A stretch of 64,000 bases of DNA from a bacterium (GTDB lineage Bacteria > Lindowbacteria > 2-12-FULL-62-27), in the NCBI GenBank assembly GCA_016202645.1, contig JACQOF010000146.1, positions 620-64,619 of the forward strand. Reading direction: 5' to 3'. The notes under the pieces are model-generated. The model did no database searches. It was not told the DNA's origin and saw only the letters and a program-made list of their open reading frames with translations. This document shows positions 8,638 to 16,785 of the stretch, piece by piece. The stretch's first letter is position 1, and every line of letters begins with the position of its first letter. The position numbers and the translations under genes are program-made.

Positions 8638-11600
8638 TTATCGAATGGACTTTCGTATTTTTTGCGCCTGGGCGGCCTCTTTGGACCCCGGATACCTTTT
8701 GGTCATCTCCTGAATGGCGGCCATGGCTTTGTCCTTTTCTCCCAGATCAAGCCGGATGCGGATGATGCCCAGAAGCGCCGCCGGCGCGATGCCGCGGTTT
8801 TCTTCGGGAGGATAGAGGTCCAACACATTGTAATAGGCGATCAGCGCTTTTTCAGGACGATCGCTCTCCGCCTCCAGCCGGCCCAGCCGATACTGGGATT
8901 CGACGGCCAGGAGCCCGCTGTAGGTGGCCAGTTTGCCTAGAATAAGCCGGGCCTTGGGGATCTCCCTGGTCTGAATCAGCGATTCGGCGTAAATCCGGCT
9001 GACCGGGGGCTGCATGCCCACAGCTGCGACCGCGTCGAGATGCCGGACCGCCTCCGCATGATTTCCCGCCCGATGCGCCAGCCACCCGAGCGCCAGATGA
9101 TGCTCGATCTCGGAACCGTCCGGCGGCGTCTGGCCAGACAGGAATTGGAGGCCGGCCGCGTCTTCCCGCTCCACGTAAATTCCCGCTAGCCACTTGAACA
9201 ACAACCGCCGCGCGTCCGGCGAGAGGTTCGTCCGCAGGTCCCAGGCTTGCCGCAGGAGCGGTTCGGCCCGCCGGTAATTTCTTTTTGCGGATTCGTACTC
9301 TCCGAGTTTTAGCGATGCCCACGCCGTAAAAAAAGTGTCCGGCGATCTGGATTGGACCAGCGCCGAAAAATCCCGCATGGCTTTGTCCGTGTCGCCCAGG
9401 GCCAATTTGGCCACGGCGCCGTGGTATTGGACGACGGCGTCGAAAAATTTGGGATGCGGCTCCAGCTCCCGAACCAGCCCAACGGCATCCGGATGGCGGT
9501 TTTCGGTTACCGCGTCCACCACCAGTTTGCGTGAGGCGGCCCGGACCCGGTCTGGATCGAGGCTGGATCGGAGAAGTTCGCCGAGAAATCGGCGGCCCCG
9601 TTCGCCGCGGACATCGGCGAGGACCATTCGGCGGTCCAGGGCCTGATCCTTAACGGCGGCGCCGGCCGCCGGATCGTTGATGATTTGCTTGTACATCTCA
9701 TCGGCACGCCCGGTTTGACCCAGATCCTCCTGGAGAGACGCCAGCGCCAGCCTCGCCTCGGTTTTTTTATCGCCGCCCACTCCAGTCGCCGCCAGAAGTC
9801 GCTCAAGGGCGCCCGATGCCTTCGCCTTATCGCCGGATGCCAGGGCGGCCGACGCGTACACCTCCATGGCTTTTCGTTGATGGGGTTCCGACGCCAGCCG
9901 GCCGCCAAAGGCTTCATAAAATCGAACGGCTTCCCGATGCAGGCCGGCCCGATGAACGGCCGCGATACCGAATATCACCGCTTCCTCATAGAAGGGAAGT
10001 CCGGCGCCTTTTTGAAGCACCTCATCGATATGCGGCAGAATTGATCCGGTGTCACCGCGGTCCAGGAGCAGTCCCGCAAGACGATATTTGGCGGACAGAC
10101 TTACTTCCGTATCGGCGGACCGGATGAGCCGCTGATAAATATCTTCCGCGCCGTTCCGGCCCAGCTTCAGGAGGCACTCCGCCTTGTAAAAATCAGCCCG
10201 GTCCGCCGCCGGCGGACTGAACTGCGCCGGATCAACTCCATCGAGCGCGGCCAGGGCCAGATCATGGCGTTCGATGGACAAGGCGGCTTGAATCGCGGCC
10301 AGCACCAGATCCGGATCGGTCCCGTATTGCCGGAGATGCCGGACAGACTGATCATAGTGTTCTTGAGGATCGCCGCGCCGTTCCGCGATCCGGACGCGCA
10401 GTCTCGACGACTCCCGGGCAAGGCGGTGATTCGGCATTTTGTCGAGCCGGTCGAGTTTTTCCCGCGCATCGTCCAGCCGATCCATGGCAAGATACAGCTT
10501 CGCGGCCGCCAGGGCGGCGTTGGGCGCCAGAAGACCCTCCGAGGTTGTGCTCAAGTACGACTCGAACCGGTCCACGGCCTTATCCGATTGATTCAGTTTT
10601 GTGTGGCAGAGTCCCTGCGCGTAGACTGCTTCCCAGGCCCACGCCGATCCGGGAAAGCCTTCTTCCGCCTGGAGGTAAAATTTCAGGGCCGCATCAAATT
10701 GGAGTCGATTGTAGAGGCAGTCCGCATATCTCAGCGCCGATTCAGCGCGAAGTTCGGTGTCGGCATTCGCCGGCATCCGCTTAAAAATATCCGCGGCCTG
10801 CGCGTACTGCTCCTCCTTGAACCAGGTCATCCCAACCCGGTAGAGAATATGCGCCAGCGCCGCGGGATCCCGGACGGCCTTCGCATGCTTCTCGTGCAAT
10901 CTTTTCAAATCGGCGCTTCGCTCGGAACGATAGTAAAGGTCTGAAAGGACGAGGACGGTTTTGTCCAGAATCACGCGGTCGGCCGCGCTGTCTTGAAAAA
11001 TCCGGGACAACGTCTTCTCGGCGACGTCGGGACGATTCAGCAGCATCTCGACGTATCCCATGTTGTAGAGCAGGGCGGGGTGGTCCCTCAGCGCCGATTC
11101 GGATTCCACCGTTTTCAGAAGGACATTCCGGGCGCCCGGATAATCCTGACGGGTCACTTTGGTCGATACGAGATTGTCGATGGCTGCAAAATAGAGGGTG
11201 TTTTTCCGGGGATCGCCCGGAACATATCGGGCCTGCGTCAATGCGCTCCCGAACCGGCTCTCGGCTTCCTCCCAGCGGGCTTCTTCAAAGGCCAAAACGC
11301 CCAGACTGAAATGGGCGTCCATCCTCCATTTTCCGGAGGGAAATCGATTCAAATATTCCAAATAATCCCGCCGGGCGGCGGTTGGATCTTTCTCGGCCTG
11401 GGCCAATCGGGCCTGCCAGAAAAGGATGTCCGAGGCCCACAGAGCCGCGTCCGACCGAACCGCCGGCCTTTGAAGCAGATCCTGAAACATCCGCCGCGCA
11501 TCCGTGTGCCTTTGGCCTTCATAGGCCGCCAGCATGCCGTAAAAAAGAATCCGGTCGAGGGACGTGTCCGACCCCGGCAGCGCGGAACCTGCCCGCCGCG

Positions 11601-13392
11601 CGCGGTCCAGGGCTTCATCATAAAGTCCGGCATCAAAGAAGGACACTACGACAAATTGAAAACTTTGGCCGGCGGCAAGTCTCTGAAGCAGCGCGTCGGC
11701 CTGCCGTACCGCCTCCGCCGGATCGCGCTTCAGAAAACTTTCGATCAGATGGGTGTGGGCCCTGTGGATCAGATCCGGTTCCCGGGCCAGTTTGGATGCT
11801 TGGAGGTAGCGCTGGCGCGCCGCATCCGGCTGCTCCGCGGCGGCGAGAATGTCTCCCATGAGAATCAGCCCGGAGGCGCGGGCCTGCGTATCCACAGACG
11901 GCAACGCCAGCAACCGGTCCAACAGGGATTTGGCGCGGGCATGGTCGTTCAGCCTGAAATAAGCGAAAGCCGCGGCGTAAAACGCCTCACGGGCATCCGC
12001 CGGGCCGGGCCTGCCCAACAGGCGTTCAAAGGCGCCCGCCGCCTCTTGGTACCGGCCCGTCGCCAGATACAGGTTCCCGTAAAACTCATCCAGTTTTGCG
12101 CCCAGGACCGGATCCGGCTTCGTGATCCGCCCGGCCGATTCGAGGGCCCGGGAATAATCTTTTAATTGAAATTGCGCCTGGGCCAGACTCAGGAGAACAA
12201 TATTCCGCCGGTCCGGCTCAACACCGGATTCCAGGGCGGCCTGAAAGGAACGTCCCGCCTCTTCCGCGGAACCTTTCGCCAGAAAGACATGGCCTTTGAG
12301 ATAATGGAGATCATAGGTTGGGCTTGTTACCCGGCTGAGGTGGTCCAGGGCGTTGTCCATTCTTTTTAGAAGAAATTCGCCTTCCGCCAGAAACAGGCAG
12401 GCCTCGTCCTGAATGGCGGTATCCTGCGAGCGATTCGCCAGATCCAACGCCCTTCGGGCGCGGCCGCCCGACGTGTCCGGCTGGCCGGCGCGGCGGGAAA
12501 TGGCGGCCATGCGAAGCCACGCCCCGGCCTTCATTTTGACCGGGATGTGCGGCGTTTGGATCAGACGAAAAAATTCCTCCTCGGCCCGCGTGTCATTTCC
12601 CATGGACAAAAACGCCCAGGATTTGTTCCATTGCGCCGTGTCCGCCCAATTCCCGGCCGGCGTGTCCAAACCGATCACCCGGTCGTACCAGACGATGCTT
12701 TCGCCAAATTTTTTTTGCTTGAATAAAATGTCCCCGATCTCCAGCAACGCCTCCACGTGCCTGCGATGATCCGGCTCCCGGGTGAGAGGCATCAGGGCCT
12801 GGACTGCCTCCACCGGCCGGCCCGAACGGCCCAGAATGCCGCCCAGATCGTAGTGGGCATCCAGCCGGTGTTCCGGCCGCAACTTCAGATTGCCGGTGAC
12901 GGATTTCAAAACGTCCGCCGCCCGGTCCGATTCTCCAAGCCGGCCGTGGCACTCAGCGGCCAGAAGCAGGCTTTCGGCGAGGATGTCCATCTCCTCGCCG
13001 GCGTTTTGCGCTGCCGCCTGGAAATAATCGATCGCCGGCCGGAATTGCCCAAGTTGATAAGCCGCGTACCCGGCGCCGTACTGGGCTCTCGAAAGAAACC
13101 GGAATTTCGGATGCTCCCGCACGATGCGGGCGTACAGATCGTACGACCGCGCATACTCGTTCAACCGGTCGTGCGTTTCAGCCAGCCAGTAGGTTGCCTC
13201 GACCACGCGCGGATCATTCGGGTAGGTGGCGGCGATCTCCTCGAAAACCAGTTTCGCGAGCCGGTATTCGCCGCGGTTGAACAACGCAACTCCGGAATTG
13301 AATTCCCGCGGGGGAATCCGGTCCTCCGCGGCCGCTGGAGAAAGCAGGCACCAGAAAAAGAAAAGACACACAAGGACTCTGGAAGACCGCAT
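8638..13392 (-). CDS. 1584-aa secreted tetratricopeptide-repeat (TPR) protein
   Basis: Signal peptide MRSSRVLVCLFFFWCLLSPAAA. TPR-like A/Y/L-rich helical pairs run throughout. The first and last ~100 aa resemble YbgF/CpoB-type TPRs (e.g. 'ALFNRGEYRLAKLVFEEIAATYPNDPRVVEATYWLAE'). Its ATG directly follows the TAA of the upstream OmpA-like gene. Confidence 0.85.
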   Translation of the reverse strand: MRSSRVLVCLFFFWCLLSPAAAEDRIPPREFNSGVALFNRGEYRLAKLVFEEIAATYPNDPRVVEATYWLAETHDRLNEYARSYDLYARIVREHPKFRFLSRAQYGAGYAAYQLGQFRPAIDYFQAAAQNAGEEMDILAESLLLAAECHGRLGESDRAADVLKSVTGNLKLRPEHRLDAHYDLGGILGRSGRPVEAVQALMPLTREPDHRRHVEALLEIGDILFKQKKFGESIVWYDRVIGLDTPAGNWADTAQWNKSWAFLSMGNDTRAEEEFFRLIQTPHIPVKMKAGAWLRMAAISRRAGQPDTSGGRARRALDLANRSQDTAIQDEACLFLAEGEFLLKRMDNALDHLSRVTSPTYDLHYLKGHVFLAKGSAEEAGRSFQAALESGVEPDRRNIVLLSLAQAQFQLKDYSRALESAGRITKPDPVLGAKLDEFYGNLYLATGRYQEAAGAFERLLGRPGPADAREAFYAAAFAYFRLNDHARAKSLLDRLLALPSVDTQARASGLILMGDILAAAEQPDAARQRYLQASKLAREPDLIHRAHTHLIESFLKRDPAEAVRQADALLQRLAAGQSFQFVVVSFFDAGLYDEALDRARRAGSALPGSDTSLDRILFYGMLAAYEGQRHTDARRMFQDLLQRPAVRSDAALWASDILFWQARLAQAEKDPTAARRDYLEYLNRFPSGKWRMDAHFSLGVLAFEEARWEEAESRFGSALTQARYVPGDPRKNTLYFAAIDNLVSTKVTRQDYPGARNVLLKTVESESALRDHPALLYNMGYVEMLLNRPDVAEKTLSRIFQDSAADRVILDKTVLVLSDLYYRSERSADLKRLHEKHAKAVRDPAALAHILYRVGMTWFKEEQYAQAADIFKRMPANADTELRAESALRYADCLYNRLQFDAALKFYLQAEEGFPGSAWAWEAVYAQGLCHTKLNQSDKAVDRFESYLSTTSEGLLAPNAALAAAKLYLAMDRLDDAREKLDRLDKMPNHRLARESSRLRVRIAERRGDPQEHYDQSVRHLRQYGTDPDLVLAAIQAALSIERHDLALAALDGVDPAQFSPPAADRADFYKAECLLKLGRNGAEDIYQRLIRSADTEVSLSAKYRLAGLLLDRGDTGSILPHIDEVLQKGAGLPFYEEAVIFGIAAVHRAGLHREAVRFYEAFGGRLASEPHQRKAMEVYASAALASGDKAKASGALERLLAATGVGGDKKTEARLALASLQEDLGQTGRADEMYKQIINDPAAGAAVKDQALDRRMVLADVRGERGRRFLGELLRSSLDPDRVRAASRKLVVDAVTENRHPDAVGLVRELEPHPKFFDAVVQYHGAVAKLALGDTDKAMRDFSALVQSRSPDTFFTAWASLKLGEYESAKRNYRRAEPLLRQAWDLRTNLSPDARRLLFKWLAGIYVEREDAAGLQFLSGQTPPDGSEIEHHLALGWLAHRAGNHAEAVRHLDAVAAVGMQPPVSRIYAESLIQTREIPKARLILGKLATYSGLLAVESQYRLGRLEAESDRPEKALIAYYNVLDLYPPEENRGIAPAALLGIIRIRLDLGEKDKAMAAIQEMTKRYPGSKEAAQAQKIRKSIR

Positions 13393-13989
13393 TTACCGCC
13401 CGCCCTCCACAACGATGAATTCGGTCCGCCGGTTCGCTCGACGGCCCTCCGGCGTCTGAAAGGACGCCACGGGTTTCGACATCCCCCATCCAACCGCTTC
13501 CAGCCGGTTCGGCGCGATGCCGTGGGATTGGATCAGCCGGGTTTTCAGGGCCTCCGACCGGCGCCGGGAAAGTTCAAGATTATAGGCTGGGGCGCCGTAG
13601 GAATCCGTGTGGCTTTCGATTCGAATTCGGAGAGATGGAAATGTCCGGAGCGTGTCGGCGACGGTATTCAAGATCGGCTTGACCTCCTCCGGAATACCCT
13701 TGATGTTGACCCCAAAGTAAAGGATCGGAAACACCGGTTCGGCCGCGGCGCCGGCCTCAGCCGCATCCGAATCCGCGACCTCCGCCGGCCATCGATCGGA
13801 AATGTGACCCAGGTCGTATGTGCTCCGGGCGCCGCGATGGACATCATCCCGGCCGGTCGCAGTTGTTCTGTGGACGGCGGTGCAGGCGGACACACAAAAA
13901 ATCATGGCCGAAAAAAGCGCCAAATATCCCGCGGTCACCAAGCTGATGCGGGGAAATTTGATTTGGCGACCATGCACGCATAGAACCAC
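13393..13989 (-). CDS. OmpA-family / Pal-like peptidoglycan-binding lipoprotein
   Basis: Lipobox-like 'IFCVSAC'. The C-terminal OmpA_C pattern is 'RIRIESHTDSYGAPAYNLELSRRRSEALKTRLIQSHGIAPNRLEAVGWGMSKP...RRANRRTEF'. Confidence 0.85.
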   Translation of the reverse strand: MVLCVHGRQIKFPRISLVTAGYLALFSAMIFCVSACTAVHRTTATGRDDVHRGARSTYDLGHISDRWPAEVADSDAAEAGAAAEPVFPILYFGVNIKGIPEEVKPILNTVADTLRTFPSLRIRIESHTDSYGAPAYNLELSRRRSEALKTRLIQSHGIAPNRLEAVGWGMSKPVASFQTPEGRRANRRTEFIVVEGGR

Positions 13990-14007
13990 AAACGCGCAGG
14001 GTGGTCA

Positions 14008-15615
14008 ATGCCTGGGGTATTTCGGAAAGGGAGGGGGGTCCATCTATTGATGATTTCCCGGCCCCCGTGGTACACCGAAAGCATGTCCAATCCGCTCGAC
14101 AGTTTGTCCAGGCTCAGAAAGGCGGCCAGGGCCGGCGCGTGGTTCCGGGACGTGCGGCTCGTCTATCAGGGGTTTGGGCCGCTGGCCGCTCACATGTTTC
14201 ATCATTTCATGCCCGTCTCCGGGATAGTCGCGAATTTTTACGGGGAGGACGTCCAGACTTACATCGAGAAGGGCTGGGGGACGCCCGTGTTTTCGTATGA
14301 GGCGATGAAGGGCGTGCGGCATAATTCCGTGAATCTCTTCAACGATTATTTCTACAAGGACCACGGCGATGAGATCGCCCGGAAATTCAACAGGCTGGAC
14401 GGGACGGTCTGCTTTGCGCCGTTCAATACGACTCCGGCTCTCCATGATTTTTTGTTTTCCCACGGCCGGCACTACCGTCTCCTGCAAAATCCCGTCATCG
14501 TCCAGAATTACTTCGACTACAAAGCCCGCCTCGCCTGGCGCGCAGCGGAGATCGGCATTCCGATTCCGCCCGAAAGCGAAGTGAGTCTCTTCGGCGAACT
14601 CGACTACAAGCGGCTCCGCGACCGGTACAAGGGCAGTTTCGTGATTCAGATTCCGCTGTCGACGGCCGGCAGCGGCACCGATTTTGTCCATTCAGAGGAT
14701 GACTTCAAGGAAATTTGCGAGCGCCGCCGGAAGGAGTTCGGGAAGATGTTCGAAAAAACACAGGTGAAAATCACGCCGTACATGGCCGGGCCAAGCCTGA
14801 ACTGCACCGCCTGCGTGATCAACGGCGAGGTGGCGCTGTCCCAGCCCGACATCCAGATCGTCGGCGATCCGGCCATGGTCTCGACCGCCGGGCAGTACAT
14901 CGGGTCGGATTTTTCACAGCACGCAATCCCCGCGCGCATCCGGAAACAAATCCTGGACGCGATGCTCAAAACCGGCCGGTGGATGGGCGCGCACGGGTAT
15001 CGCGGGAATTTCGGCCTCGATTTCCTGACGACGACCGACAAGACCGGCCGGGTGGACGCCATCTACGTGAGCGAAATCAACGCGCGTCTCGTCGGCGAGT
15101 CCCAGTACATGGCTGATTTCCAGGCGATGAAAAACGTCGTGCCCCTGACGTTTTTTCACCTCGCTGAATTTCTCGACCTCGACATCAAACCCGCCTGGGT
15201 CCGCGCCTACAACCGCGCCCTGCCGGCGATCGAGGGATCAGCCCTGCTTGTCTACAACCGCCGGAAAGGAACCTTCCGAAGCCCCGGGAAACTCACGACC
15301 GGCATCTACCGGATGCGGGACGGCAGGCTCGAACGGATCCGCGACGGGTATCTTTTGTCCGAGACCAAATCCTCCGACGAGTTCGTCATCACCAACGGCA
15401 CCCCTTGGAAAGACCTCGTGATCGGCCACCCCCGGTACGGCGACTCGGAAGTATTCCTCTGCTACATCATGACCCGCGAGAGCATTGTCGACCCGAAAAA
15501 CTGGCGCCGGGTAAACGACAAATGGCGCGGCCTCACGGACATCGTCCGGGACGCGATCCATCTGGAGCCCTGCCCGTACCGATCTCTGGCTGAAGAACGC
15601 TCATACGCGCCTTGA
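14008..15615 (+). CDS. ATP-grasp-fold enzyme of unknown substrate
   Basis: 535-aa ORF. The central and C-terminal region has ATP-grasp-like elements ('FVIQIPLSTAGSGTDFV', 'GNFGLDFL', 'YVSEINARLVGES'). The start is ambiguous: ATGs at 14008, 14050 and 14083. Confidence 0.55.
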   Translation: MPGVFRKGRGVHLLMISRPPWYTESMSNPLDSLSRLRKAARAGAWFRDVRLVYQGFGPLAAHMFHHFMPVSGIVANFYGEDVQTYIEKGWGTPVFSYEAMKGVRHNSVNLFNDYFYKDHGDEIARKFNRLDGTVCFAPFNTTPALHDFLFSHGRHYRLLQNPVIVQNYFDYKARLAWRAAEIGIPIPPESEVSLFGELDYKRLRDRYKGSFVIQIPLSTAGSGTDFVHSEDDFKEICERRRKEFGKMFEKTQVKITPYMAGPSLNCTACVINGEVALSQPDIQIVGDPAMVSTAGQYIGSDFSQHAIPARIRKQILDAMLKTGRWMGAHGYRGNFGLDFLTTTDKTGRVDAIYVSEINARLVGESQYMADFQAMKNVVPLTFFHLAEFLDLDIKPAWVRAYNRALPAIEGSALLVYNRRKGTFRSPGKLTTGIYRMRDGRLERIRDGYLLSETKSSDEFVITNGTPWKDLVIGHPRYGDSEVFLCYIMTRESIVDPKNWRRVNDKWRGLTDIVRDAIHLEPCPYRSLAEERSYAP

Positions 15616-16287
15616 GGGTTTGACAGTCTGTCCCGCGGGCGATTCGGCGTCCGAATACGCCGCCTCAAGGTCCAGGACGAATTGCCGGACATGTTTTTCG
15701 AAAAATCGTTTGATCGTCTCCCACTTCACGCCGGCGCCGATGTAGACGGGATCGGGAGACGCTTCGGCATCATCGAAGTAAACAAGCGATTTTCCGACGG
15801 CCACGGTGGACAGCGCCGTTCCATATCTGGATTTGATGGTTTCAGCGATCTTTCCGAAAGGGATATTTTGCAGAATGAAGTAGAGGTCGACGAAGTCGCG
15901 TTTCGCGCCTCGTTGCGAGATCGCGGCCGCTTTCATCGAGGCGATGTCCAGAACGCCGGCGACTTTGACCCCCTCAAAAACATCCGTGTGAATAAAAGGA
16001 TAAGGATACCGAAATAACGAAAATTTTGATCCTGGAAATGTCACGATGAATGTGTCGTCTCTGGCCAATTCGATTTCCGGGTCAAGTCCCAATTTCCCGA
16101 CCTCCGCAAGAATCCGCCGCGCGTTGACTTTTTCAGGCGTGAAGAAATCAAAATCGAACGAGAATCTGTGCGCCAGCCGGATCGCCAGAGCCGTGCCTCC
16201 GGCCAGGACGGCTCCGTGCCGCCGGGCAATCGGCGCAAGATTCCGAAAAAGCCGCAAGGCCCCGGCCGTCAGGCAGCGTCTATCCAT
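15601..16287 (-). CDS. Nucleotidyltransferase AbiEii/AbiGii-family toxin (type IV toxin-antitoxin)
   Basis: 'GAVLAGGTALAIRLAHRFSFDFDFFTP' and 'KAAAISQRGAKRDFVDLYFIL' match the AbiEii-type nucleotidyltransferase pattern. It overlaps the upstream small gene by 8 nt. Confidence 0.7.
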   Translation of the reverse strand: MDRRCLTAGALRLFRNLAPIARRHGAVLAGGTALAIRLAHRFSFDFDFFTPEKVNARRILAEVGKLGLDPEIELARDDTFIVTFPGSKFSLFRYPYPFIHTDVFEGVKVAGVLDIASMKAAAISQRGAKRDFVDLYFILQNIPFGKIAETIKSRYGTALSTVAVGKSLVYFDDAEASPDPVYIGAGVKWETIKRFFEKHVRQFVLDLEAAYSDAESPAGQTVKPSRRV

Positions 16288-16672
16288 CCAGCCACACCCG
16301 CCAAAAGTTTCTCGATATCGGAGAGATCGCGCGGGACTCGTCGTTTACCCGCCGGATCAAGTGCCCGGGGTAAACGCGGCAAATCCAGAGGAACGCCGAA
16401 TAATTTCCAAGTTCCAGGATGCGCTCGATGACGTATTTGCGGTGCCGCCGCAGGTCGATCTTCCGGGAGTCGGTGTCCCAGAAGAACCGGCTGAACCGTT
16501 CCGGCACGGCTGCCGTCTCCCGGAACGCCGAAATTTGCGCGGCCACCGCCGGATCGCCCGCCCGGCCCAGATAGACATGCCGCACCCGGCGTCCCTCGCG
16601 GACGACCCGGTAGGCGTATTCGCGTTTGCCGATCCTGCGGATGAGAATGCTCATGTTGGACCGATTATACAC
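16280..16672 (-). CDS. Putative cognate antitoxin of the AbiEii-like toxin
   Basis: Small ORF directly upstream of the toxin and overlapping it. 'FFWDTDSRKIDLRRHRKYVIERILELGNYSAFLWI...FW' resembles partner proteins of AbiEii toxins, from memory. The start is either GTG 16672 or, more likely given the promoter below, ATG 16654. Confidence 0.5.
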   Translation of the reverse strand: MYNRSNMSILIRRIGKREYAYRVVREGRRVRHVYLGRAGDPAVAAQISAFRETAAVPERFSRFFWDTDSRKIDLRRHRKYVIERILELGNYSAFLWICRVYPGHLIRRVNDESRAISPISRNFWRVWLDG

Positions 16673-16692
16673 TACAATGTTGTGTAAATCAA
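16664..16692 (-). promoter_or_regulatory. Sigma70-like promoter TTGATT-17-TATAAT with a 19-bp imperfect palindrome in the spacer
   Basis: Read on the minus strand: TTGATT (16692-16687), a 17-nt spacer, TATAAT (16669-16664). The palindrome TACACTACA-A-TGTTGTGTA (16668-16686) fills the spacer. The ATG at 16654 is only 9 nt beyond the -10 box. Confidence 0.4.
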
Positions 16693-16785
16693 CGCCCTGG
16701 TCTTTTCTCTCTCCTCCGGCACGAATCCTCCCATCGCTCGATCGGGCTATTGATGAAATCCCGGCCGCCGTGATACATCAAAAAA

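Noticed and set aside
10264-13983. Plus-strand ORFs of 226, 390 and 408 aa inside the TPR and OmpA genes
   Set aside because: Antisense shadows of a 4.7-kb TPR gene with R/P/G-rich composition.
7038-13989. Canonical Tol-Pal operon annotation (tolA / pal / cpoB)
   Set aside because: The gene order is reversed. TolB and TolQ/TolR are absent. The TPR protein is several times larger than CpoB as I recall it. I kept generic family calls and raised the operon as a finding instead.
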